Both the position numbers and the translations under genes were made by a program. Shown here piece by piece: positions 56,662 through 64,000 of a stretch of 64,000 bases of DNA; positions within the stretch are counted from its first letter, which is position 1; each line of letters begins with the position of its first letter. The notes under the pieces are model-generated. The model was not told where the DNA came from. It ran no database searches and was given only the letters and a program-made list of their open reading frames with translations. This DNA comes from a virus: IMG/VR virus record IMGVR_UViG_3300013005_000002, positions 15,791 to 79,790 of that record; one strand, 5' to 3'.

Positions 56662-56859
56662 TTAGTATCCTTTACTTTCATTATACAATGTTCGTTTTAA
56701 TTGATAAAAAATATCTTCCATATTAGGATTACGGTTATCATAAGCCATCAAAAATTCTTTTAATTTTAAAATTAAATCTGACCTTATTTGAATTCCATTA
56801 TCTTTTGCTTTTTCTAGTTCACTTAAATATAAATCATAATCTAAAGTAATTGTTTTCAT
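56662..56859 (-). CDS. hypothetical protein
   Basis: ORF track. Confidence 0.6.
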   Translation of the reverse strand: MKTITLDYDLYLSELEKAKDNGIQIRSDLILKLKEFLMAYDNRNPNMEDIFYQLKRTLYNESKGY

Positions 56860-57188
56860 TTACCATCCCTTAGTTGTAATAATTCATTATATATTTCATC
56901 GGCTAGCTTGTCAATCTTTTTGCCTTGATATGCAAATAATTCTGCGGTAACTTCTTCCATTTGTAAACTATCCAAATCTGCAGTATTAGTAAATGTATAT
57001 CCATAAAAGAGATGCCAAATTTCATGACGTACTGTGCTTAGTTTTAATTCACTTTTGCGGAAATATATCTCTTTAAGTTCAAAATCTGTTTCCGCTTCAG
57101 AGCCTTCATCAATAACGACATTATCTCTTTCTTCAGAAAGATAAATTGTCCAAAAATCGTCGTATATTGTTTTGGATATATATTTCAT
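56856..57188 (-). CDS. HExxH metalloprotease-like protein
   Basis: TVRHEIWH ... EEVT motif. Confidence 0.6.
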   Translation of the reverse strand: MKYISKTIYDDFWTIYLSEERDNVVIDEGSEAETDFELKEIYFRKSELKLSTVRHEIWHLFYGYTFTNTADLDSLQMEEVTAELFAYQGKKIDKLADEIYNELLQLRDGK

Positions 57189-57764
57189 TTATTTTCCATG
57201 CTTTTTTAGATAAGTTATTGCATTTTCTAAAGTAGGGATAGAATCTTTAAATTTACCTAAAGATGAGTTGCAGGCAAAACATAGAAGTCCTCTTACTTTA
57301 CCTGTAGTATGACAATGGTCCACACACAAGTGTTTTATCTTTCCTGTTGTCGGATTTTTTCTAGACTCAGGATTTTTGCAAATATCACAAACGCCATTTT
57401 GTGATCCCATCATTTGGTTAAAATCTTCTCTAGTTATTCCAAAAGTACGTTTTAAATGACCATTGTGTTCAACTTCAGAATTTTTTCTATACCATTTTCT
57501 TCCTGCTGCATTTTCTTTTTCTCTAAATCCAGGGTTAGTTCTATATTCTTTCATATATGCTTTACGTTCTGGATTATTATTGTATTGGTAATCGTATGCT
57601 TTTTTTCTTGCTCTTTTTTCTTCTGTCATTGTTTCTTTATATTTTATCTGAGCTTTTTTTAAGCTATCTTTTTTACATTTTTCACTACAATGAGTAGAAT
57701 TAGTTTTATGTCCTTCCCAACTAAAAACATTTTTACACGCAGAACAAATTTTATTTTTTATCAT
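57189..57764 (-). CDS. endonuclease VII-like (homing) endonuclease
   Basis: QNGVCDIC...LCVDHCHTTGKVRGLLCFACNSSLGKFKD. Confidence 0.85.
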   Translation of the reverse strand: MIKNKICSACKNVFSWEGHKTNSTHCSEKCKKDSLKKAQIKYKETMTEEKRARKKAYDYQYNNNPERKAYMKEYRTNPGFREKENAAGRKWYRKNSEVEHNGHLKRTFGITREDFNQMMGSQNGVCDICKNPESRKNPTTGKIKHLCVDHCHTTGKVRGLLCFACNSSLGKFKDSIPTLENAITYLKKHGK

Positions 57765-58575
57765 ACGCTCTTAATGCTGATGCTACTGTTTTATTATTTT
57801 TAACATATTTAGATAGTTCCAAAAAAACTTCTTCAAGAGCAAGGACATCTAAAATATTATATTTTTTCATTGAATTCCACGCTTTAACGTTTCCTTTGAG
57901 GCATTGATCCCAAAGTTTAAAACCAGGGAAATCGTTATGTTCATCTTTTTTATGTGTTTTAGCTAATATGCTAGATAAATGAGCTAATTTATTAGAAAAA
58001 AATCCAAAGTTATTCTTTGCAAGTCTTAGTGTATCTATTTTTTTATATTCACTAGGAGCTTCAAATCCATTAGCAATAAATCGAGTATTAATTTTAGGAA
58101 GGTCAAATCTTATGTGATTTTGTCCTATAACAATGTCGGCTTCGTCTAATAACTGCCAAAGTTTTTTCATCATAACTTTGTCATTAAATAAATTTTTTTC
58201 TTTACCTCTTTGGTCCATATAAATAATTTTATTATCTCCTGCCCATTTTGCACAAAAAGAAATAATTCCGCCATCTTCAATTAACATATCCAAAGAAACG
58301 TTATTTTCCCACTGACCCCATACAAATGCTTTGGCTGGTTTTGTCTCAATATCAATATACAATACTTTAGGAACATCTTTTTTAATATGCTGACAATATA
58401 CTTCAATACCATGTTTAATAGAATCAGGACTTCTTGTCCATCCATTTTTAAAAAACTTCTCGGCATATAGCTTGGATATCTCTGTTCTGCTATATCCAGA
58501 TTTGTACTTATTTTCTAAGAATGTAATCTCAGATTTAGTCCACTCTCTACCATGTGATACTTTTCTTTTACTCAT
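57751..58575 (-). CDS. DnaQ/RNase H-like 3'-5' exonuclease with N-terminal Myb-like helix domain
   Basis: VLYIDIET, GQNHIRFDLP, IDTL, KYNILDV motifs. Confidence 0.8.
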   Translation of the reverse strand: MSKRKVSHGREWTKSEITFLENKYKSGYSRTEISKLYAEKFFKNGWTRSPDSIKHGIEVYCQHIKKDVPKVLYIDIETKPAKAFVWGQWENNVSLDMLIEDGGIISFCAKWAGDNKIIYMDQRGKEKNLFNDKVMMKKLWQLLDEADIVIGQNHIRFDLPKINTRFIANGFEAPSEYKKIDTLRLAKNNFGFFSNKLAHLSSILAKTHKKDEHNDFPGFKLWDQCLKGNVKAWNSMKKYNILDVLALEEVFLELSKYVKNNKTVASALRAYDKK

Positions 58576-59026
58576 CGTTTTTTCCTTCTATATGCCGTTG
58601 ATATCTACGTCTTTGTTTAGCCACGATTTGTCTAATACGTTCTCTAGTTACTGTATATTCATCTGCTAGTTCTTCAAAAGATTTACCAGCTAAGAATTTC
58701 TCTGAAATCTCTATGCTGCGACTAGTAACAATTTCTCCAGTATAAATATTTTTTAATGGAATTATTTCAAAATCCCTGGCATTATCTTTTCTATCTTGTT
58801 CTGCAAAATATGCGTCCCATCCTTCTTCGGGCTCATATGGAACTTCTTCAATTTGAGAACCGTCATAACCATAATCTTTATCTACTACACGTTTAAATCC
58901 TAATTCATTTTCTAATGTGTAAAGAAAGTTATCGGCCCATTCTTTGTAATTATTGCTATATACATCATGTAGTATTTCAGGAGAAGCCCATCCAGCAATG
59001 ATATCAATAAGTTGGCTACGTTTCAT
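58568..59026 (-). CDS. protein with sigma70 region-4-like HTH
   Basis: C-terminal SFEELADEYTVTRERIRQI matches the sigma region 4.2 signature. Confidence 0.65.
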   Translation of the reverse strand: MKRSQLIDIIAGWASPEILHDVYSNNYKEWADNFLYTLENELGFKRVVDKDYGYDGSQIEEVPYEPEEGWDAYFAEQDRKDNARDFEIIPLKNIYTGEIVTSRSIEISEKFLAGKSFEELADEYTVTRERIRQIVAKQRRRYQRHIEGKNDE

Positions 59027-59121
59027 TTATATCCTTTTGTGCTTGTACAAACCCATGTTTTGTAGCAGAAAAAAGTAAACCCATTATGTAACCTAATATA
59101 ACTAAAGGAAGTAATAGTAAT

Positions 59122-59850
59122 CTAATTATTGTCATCGACAGCTCCTAATTCTTCTTTATAGCTCTTTAAACTATAATTCAAAAATTGGTTCATGTCAATT
59201 ACATTTTTAAATACTTTTAAGCAATTAAATAAACCTTTGATGAGATCCAGTCTAGAATAATCTCCGTTAAAATCCTCTAAAAGAGATACTGCTCTAGACT
59301 CTAAAAAGAATGTGTAAATTTTATCACCTTCTTGAACGTGTCTGCCTTTTAAAGCGTCATATACTTTAGTTTCATTTGGTCTTAGCTTTAAGTCTTTGAG
59401 TTCTTGTTTAGACAGTGTCTCATGTCCTTTACACTTTAGGATTTTATCTGTAATAGTTACTTTTTTACACCAAGGAGCTATGTCTTTGATATTCTTAGTC
59501 ATTTTGATATATTTAAAGTATAATTCATTAATCTCAGGCTCTTTGCCTTCTTCAAGAAGAATGTCTACAATATCCTGCATAAACTTCAGTAGGATTGGTG
59601 CGCGTTTTGCATCTTTCAAAGCTGAGCCTTTAACCTTCTTTTTACCATTTTCAATTAGCACATAGTTTTTTGACTTTAGAACTAATACTTTTTCATAAAC
59701 ACCGTCATGATCCCATTTAATTAAATCGGGAAAATTACTATTGACGTAATCTAAAAATTTAGTCTGTTCTTCTTTTGTCCACGGGGATTGGTCTGGTTTA
59801 CAGACGCTAAAACTATCCGTGTCTACTCCTGTTAATATTAAATTCTGCAT
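59122..59850 (-). CDS. polB: family B DNA polymerase, C-terminal part (motif C, thumb)
   Basis: GVDTDS, KSKNYVL, KVKGS. Confidence 0.85.
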   Translation of the reverse strand: MQNLILTGVDTDSFSVCKPDQSPWTKEEQTKFLDYVNSNFPDLIKWDHDGVYEKVLVLKSKNYVLIENGKKKVKGSALKDAKRAPILLKFMQDIVDILLEEGKEPEINELYFKYIKMTKNIKDIAPWCKKVTITDKILKCKGHETLSKQELKDLKLRPNETKVYDALKGRHVQEGDKIYTFFLESRAVSLLEDFNGDYSRLDLIKGLFNCLKVFKNVIDMNQFLNYSLKSYKEELGAVDDNN

Positions 59851-60374
59851 ACACGTTTTCCTTTTATAAATATACTATCACTCTTTTGTAAAGCTCGACA
59901 TAAATAAGCAGGAGAAATATTTAAAAAATTTGCAGCTTCTTTTTGAGATTGAAATTCAGTATTTTCCACTAACAATACTTTTCTTCTATCTTTACAAGTA
60001 TTTTCGGCATGTGAAATAAATCTTAAATTATCCAAACTGTAATCTTTTTTATTATTAATTCTGTCGATTGATGGAGAAAATTTTCTTTTAAATGAATTTT
60101 TTTGCCAATTTTTATACAGTTTTAAAAAAGTAATATCATTTTTAAATTTAGTAATAAATTGTTCTTTGCTTAGCTTTTTTTTACCAAAATAATTAGGTCT
60201 TTGTTTATCAAAATGATTGCATCTTCTAGATATTTCAGAATAACAAGTTCCTAAGTAAAATTCAGGTCTAGTTTCTCTTTTAGTTCGACGAAGACAGGCA
60301 GAACACATTCCGTTTCCAAAATGTTGTTTTTCTTTATTACATCTAGAACAAATAACTATTTTTCTAGACTTCAT
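59838..60374 (-). CDS. HNH-type homing endonuclease inserted between the polB halves
   Basis: start at MKSRK; CxxC pairs; SPSIDRINNKKDYSLDNLRFIS..EN; NUMOD1-like C-terminus (FQSQKEAANFL). Confidence 0.8.
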   Translation of the reverse strand: MKSRKIVICSRCNKEKQHFGNGMCSACLRRTKRETRPEFYLGTCYSEISRRCNHFDKQRPNYFGKKKLSKEQFITKFKNDITFLKLYKNWQKNSFKRKFSPSIDRINNKKDYSLDNLRFISHAENTCKDRRKVLLVENTEFQSQKEAANFLNISPAYLCRALQKSDSIFIKGKRVCRI

Positions 60375-61923
60375 CTTCAGACTCCTCATTAGATTCTTCT
60401 TTAGTTTTCCAAAATTCAACATTTTTACCAGTAACTAATTGAACACCCTTATTTAAAATTTCTCTACCATGAGAAGTAACTAAACTTGCTCCTTCTGGAA
60501 AATTGTAATTAAGACCTGCACTTCCAAGAAAACCATAACCAGAATTTATCACAATTTTCTTTGAACTTTCTAAATCTTTATAATATTTTAATCCAGTTTC
60601 TTTTGCAAGCTTTTTATCTCTAAGCCTATCCAAAGTCAAAGTTTCAATAATATTTAAAAAGTTAGCTTCTGGGTCTTTTTGTTTATTGTATATTTTATAC
60701 TGTCTGATAATACTAGGATACAGCGAGGCTACGTCAAGTTTAAATACATTTTTATAGAGCCCAGGAATACCAAAACTAATAGCTCCAGTAAATCCTTCTC
60801 TGTCATCAGCTTTAGCTATGCTCTTACCCTTTTGTAAATATGAGCGTACCATCATATTATTTACTTGTGCACCAGTTGCTCTATTAATAATTTGCTGTAG
60901 TGGAATGCTTACTTGCTGAGAAAAGTAAAAATAGCTAGGTAGCATCATGTCGTAAATTTTAATCAAATCCTCTGCGTCATCCATTGCGTATTCTTTAACG
61001 CGCTGCCACATCTCTGGATTGGTCTCTCTTTCATTCCAATACTTTTCCATTTTAGAAGCGTCAACAAAGACCCTGTCTTTCTTTTCCATTCCAATATGTT
61101 TAATAATTTGTTTTAAACCATAGGAAGGAAATTCCCGTGCAAAGTCATACTTAATGCTCAAAAAGAATGTGTCGATAATTTCACGGCCATAAATCCAGCA
61201 ATTGTGGTACTCATAACTTTGTGAGCCATCTTTTCTAAATTGGCTAGTATATCCAGCAAACTGGACATCATTCCCATTTCTACCTAAGCTAAGTTTTGCA
61301 CCGCATAAATCTGCAACATGTTGTAAATAAGGTAAGTCATATCCAAATCCATTGTGGACTGCAATAATACTTGGGTCATAGTGTTTTACACAATTACACC
61401 AGTCTTCTAGCATTTCAGCTTGAGATGCATAATCATCCAGAAAAAAATTCTCTTTAAAAATCTCACCTTTATGATTTCTAAAAACATTAGTAATTACAAG
61501 TACTTTAGAGTTTTTATTATGTGTAAGACCAGTTCCTTCTATATCAAAAAATAATACGCTTACATCACTTGGTTTCATATTCTTAAAATATGTAACACCG
61601 TTATAAGTCATGTAATGTTCTTTGGATTCATTCATTGTATAGTAGTCTACATTTTTTTTCTTACAAGCACTCTTAGCTTGCATCCAATCACTATGTTCTT
61701 TGAATTGTGCTAAATATTTGTAGTGCTGGCCGCCAGGAAGTTCTTTTTGCTTGCTTGAAGCTTTTGCGTTGGTAAGAAGCCAGAATTGATTATCTCTGAC
61801 TTCCTTCTTTACCACGCCATCTTTTTCAATAAATAAAACAACCTTATCATCTTTTACTTCAACAGAAACAATATTCTCTGTTTTGTCTTTACCAAAGATG
61901 AGGTCATTCTCATATTGAGACAT
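60364..61923 (-). CDS. polB: family B DNA polymerase, N-terminal part (exonuclease, motifs A and B)
   Basis: FDIEG, HNGFGYDLPYL, YAMDD; LDVASLYPSII; KIVINSGYGFLG; VTSHGREIL. Confidence 0.9.
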   Translation of the reverse strand: MSQYENDLIFGKDKTENIVSVEVKDDKVVLFIEKDGVVKKEVRDNQFWLLTNAKASSKQKELPGGQHYKYLAQFKEHSDWMQAKSACKKKNVDYYTMNESKEHYMTYNGVTYFKNMKPSDVSVLFFDIEGTGLTHNKNSKVLVITNVFRNHKGEIFKENFFLDDYASQAEMLEDWCNCVKHYDPSIIAVHNGFGYDLPYLQHVADLCGAKLSLGRNGNDVQFAGYTSQFRKDGSQSYEYHNCWIYGREIIDTFFLSIKYDFAREFPSYGLKQIIKHIGMEKKDRVFVDASKMEKYWNERETNPEMWQRVKEYAMDDAEDLIKIYDMMLPSYFYFSQQVSIPLQQIINRATGAQVNNMMVRSYLQKGKSIAKADDREGFTGAISFGIPGLYKNVFKLDVASLYPSIIRQYKIYNKQKDPEANFLNIIETLTLDRLRDKKLAKETGLKYYKDLESSKKIVINSGYGFLGSAGLNYNFPEGASLVTSHGREILNKGVQLVTGKNVEFWKTKEESNEESEDEV

Positions 61924-62912
61924 TATGATTCTTTCTTTTCCATTGATTTTTTAACTTTAGTCGTCCATTCACGCATCTTTTTAATTGTATCATGAATTGG
62001 CTCATTGTACACTAATTTTTTAATACAAGCATCTTTAACGTGAGCAATTGATAGCTCACCTTTTTCAATCTCACGCTTATCAAAATCAGTAAGACTATCC
62101 TTCATAAATTTTTCAGCATATTCTATTAGTAATGCACCTTCTGGATACTTTGTCTCAATTACTTCATCAAATCTTCCTGGCCTATCGATTAGGTTAGCCA
62201 GAAACAACATTGGATAGTTTGTTGTAGAAAATATGATAATCGGTAAGTGTCTCCAGCTATCTGGAATATTATTACCATCCAAAAAAGAAAGCAATGAGTC
62301 TTGGCTAGATTGTACTCTAAATCCTAAGTCTGGCTGCTCTCCTCCACCTAAGTCCTCAATAACAACAAAAAGCTTATCTACATTTTCTGCTGGGGGGTTT
62401 TCTGACAAATATTCAACAAACTGACCCATATCTATTTCAGACATAGCAAATGAGAAGCTCACGCCATTCTCACCTAAACACTGGTCAACTGCATTATTAA
62501 TTTGATGAGTTTTACCTCCGCCATGTGGTCCATGGACTAGGTAGCCGCGCTTTATAAGACCAACACCTAAAGACTTAAGTAAATCTTTTTTATCTAAAAA
62601 TGTATTAATTTTTTGTTTAAAATTAATATTTTCTAGCTTAGGGAAATTTTCATCATGTAGTAATGTAATTGGTACTTTTTTTAAAGTATAGTTAGCAGGA
62701 ACTAACTTAAACATACCGCATTCCATTGTTGCTTTTTTGTATGATAAATCTTTAAGCTCATACACATAATTACCTTCAATTTGAAACCATTCACCGTTTC
62801 CTTTTTTTGGTAATTTTTTGTTATTACAATCTTGAGCATGAGTAACTTTTGTTATGACAATATTGTCACTTTCTAGTGTTTCCATATCATGTATTAAATC
62901 TCTTATTTTCAT
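61923..62912 (-). CDS. AAA+ ATPase
   Basis: GPHGGGKT Walker A, VIEDL Walker B, TTNYP sensor 1, DRPGRFD arginine finger. Confidence 0.85.
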   Translation of the reverse strand: MKIRDLIHDMETLESDNIVITKVTHAQDCNNKKLPKKGNGEWFQIEGNYVYELKDLSYKKATMECGMFKLVPANYTLKKVPITLLHDENFPKLENINFKQKINTFLDKKDLLKSLGVGLIKRGYLVHGPHGGGKTHQINNAVDQCLGENGVSFSFAMSEIDMGQFVEYLSENPPAENVDKLFVVIEDLGGGEQPDLGFRVQSSQDSLLSFLDGNNIPDSWRHLPIIIFSTTNYPMLFLANLIDRPGRFDEVIETKYPEGALLIEYAEKFMKDSLTDFDKREIEKGELSIAHVKDACIKKLVYNEPIHDTIKKMREWTTKVKKSMEKKES

Positions 62913-63658
62913 TTAATTTCCTTTTTATTAAGTTGATGAGTGTGTATTTTTTGCGCCCATTCCAAAAAGTATTCTTCCGTAAGATTATGTTTTGCTATGT
63001 TACATATTTTACAACAAGTAACGGCGTTTTCTTTAGTATAACCTAATTCATTAACTTTTCTATCAATTCCATTATAGCGATAATTATATACTCCATTTAC
63101 TAAATTTCTAACAATACTACTATTTAAGGGTTCTATTCCGCAATAATAACAATTACTATCTAACATATCAGTAAATTCTTGTTCAGTCAATGTAAATGGT
63201 AAATTTCTCTTTTTTGATTTATTTTTATAATTATTATATATTTGTTTCTTTATTCTAGCAAAAGGATTTTTTGCACAATTTTCTTGTGTTGTTTTAAATT
63301 TTAAACACCCACAGCTTTTAATTTTACCAACTTTTACGTCTGATCCTTCAGATACAATTACGTTACCACAATTACAAACACATTCATAAATGTTATTATT
63401 GGTTTTGTTTTTTCCTATATGTCTTTTAATGGTAAGATCATTAAATTTCTGACCAGTTAAATCTATAAAATGTTTTTTAGATAAACAACCACAGCTTCTA
63501 GTTCCATTTTGGGCCTTTAAACTATGACCTACTATATTTGTTATTTTACCACATTCACAAATACAATTCCAAGTTACATCACCATGTATATTAGTGTGAC
63601 CACGATTTAACACAGTAAGTAATCCGAATTTTTTATTTGTAAGATCAATTAATTTCAC
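62909..63658 (-). CDS. HNH-type homing endonuclease with duplicated DLTG.KF..L/C.C.CG domains
   Basis: two N-terminal repeats; CYYCG..NGIDRK...GY...N.V.CC..CN..K. Confidence 0.85.
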   Translation of the reverse strand: MKLIDLTNKKFGLLTVLNRGHTNIHGDVTWNCICECGKITNIVGHSLKAQNGTRSCGCLSKKHFIDLTGQKFNDLTIKRHIGKNKTNNNIYECVCNCGNVIVSEGSDVKVGKIKSCGCLKFKTTQENCAKNPFARIKKQIYNNYKNKSKKRNLPFTLTEQEFTDMLDSNCYYCGIEPLNSSIVRNLVNGVYNYRYNGIDRKVNELGYTKENAVTCCKICNIAKHNLTEEYFLEWAQKIHTHQLNKKEIK

Positions 63659-63999
63659 TAAAATACATCTCCGTCAGCTCTGGCCTTTTTAGCTTGAGAA
63701 ATTTCAATTATTTCTTTTAATCTTTCTTCTTCATCTACATTCATTTCTCTTATTCTACCAGAAATTCCATCCCAATAAAAATCATATTTTCCACATGGTC
63801 CCATGTTATTTTTGACTACAGCAATTGATGCAAAATTATCATTCTCGTTATTGTTTTCAGGATCAAAGCCTGGTCTCCAATTTGTGAGAATAACTCGGCT
63901 ATCTTGCTCGATGACCGAAGCTCCTTTTATTTTTCTGTAAGAAAGTAAAGGGTCAGAAACTGTTCCTGCTGATTTTTGAGGTTGAAGTAATGTTATTAA
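63658..63999 (-). CDS. DnaB-like helicase, C-terminal fragment (runs off the window)
   Basis: hand-translated LLQPQK...IKGASVIEQDSRVIL..R....AVVKNNMG, matching DnaB motifs H3/H4 and the KNR-like motif. Confidence 0.75.
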   Translation of the reverse strand, partial: LITLLQPQKSAGTVSDPLLSYRKIKGASVIEQDSRVILTNWRPGFDPENNNENDNFASIAVVKNNMGPCGKYDFYWDGISGRIREMNVDEEERLKEIIEISQAKKARADGDVF

Positions 64000-64000
64000 A

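Noticed and set aside
59838-60422. Group I intron or intein in polB
   Set aside because: The HNH ORF overlaps both polymerase halves, leaving no non-coding core, and there is no in-frame fusion with intein terminal residues.
11394-62424. Many antisense or shadow ORFs in the track (e.g. 11394-11750, 23065-23283, 26977-27348, 29249-29626, 40905-41189, 49978-50295, 51971-52312, 59396-59665)
   Set aside because: They lie fully within well-supported genes on the other strand or frame and lack an RBS or recognisable motifs.
1-64000. Prophage or integration module
   Set aside because: No integrase, repressor-cro pair, att-like repeat or flanking host genes were seen in this window.

Overview
AT-rich 64-kb segment of a large lytic dsDNA tailed phage (Caudoviricetes; podovirus-like, with P22/T7-style portal, tail-tube/stabilisation and ejection proteins and no tape measure or sheath seen). 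It reads in the standard genetic code. Plus-strand late modules (terminase, portal, virion lysozyme, scaffold, major capsid, tail fibres, ejection proteins) are mostly preceded by a conserved quasi-palindrome TAAC-AA-GTTA. They alternate with minus-strand islands of small genes driven by sigma70-type promoters, several apparently leaderless. The left end carries sigma54-type promoters, and the right end is a replication module (DnaB-like helicase tail, AAA ATPase, family-B polymerase split by an HNH gene, exonuclease, dUTPase). The most striking elements are missed by the ORF track. (1) A tandem array of 11 translationally coupled 47-56-aa microprotein genes (5312-7002, about 152-bp period) that all start M-[KR]-K-Y but are otherwise hypervariable, with about 7 more family members dispersed elsewhere. 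(2) Two tandem paralogous ~200-nt tRNA-mimic ncRNAs with covarying acceptor- and T-like stems (52597-53012). Also notable are an HNH-Mom(GNAT) fusion, a TonB-anchor/PDZ protein and a membrane-anchored ClpP. All function calls come from motifs read by eye; no database searches were run.
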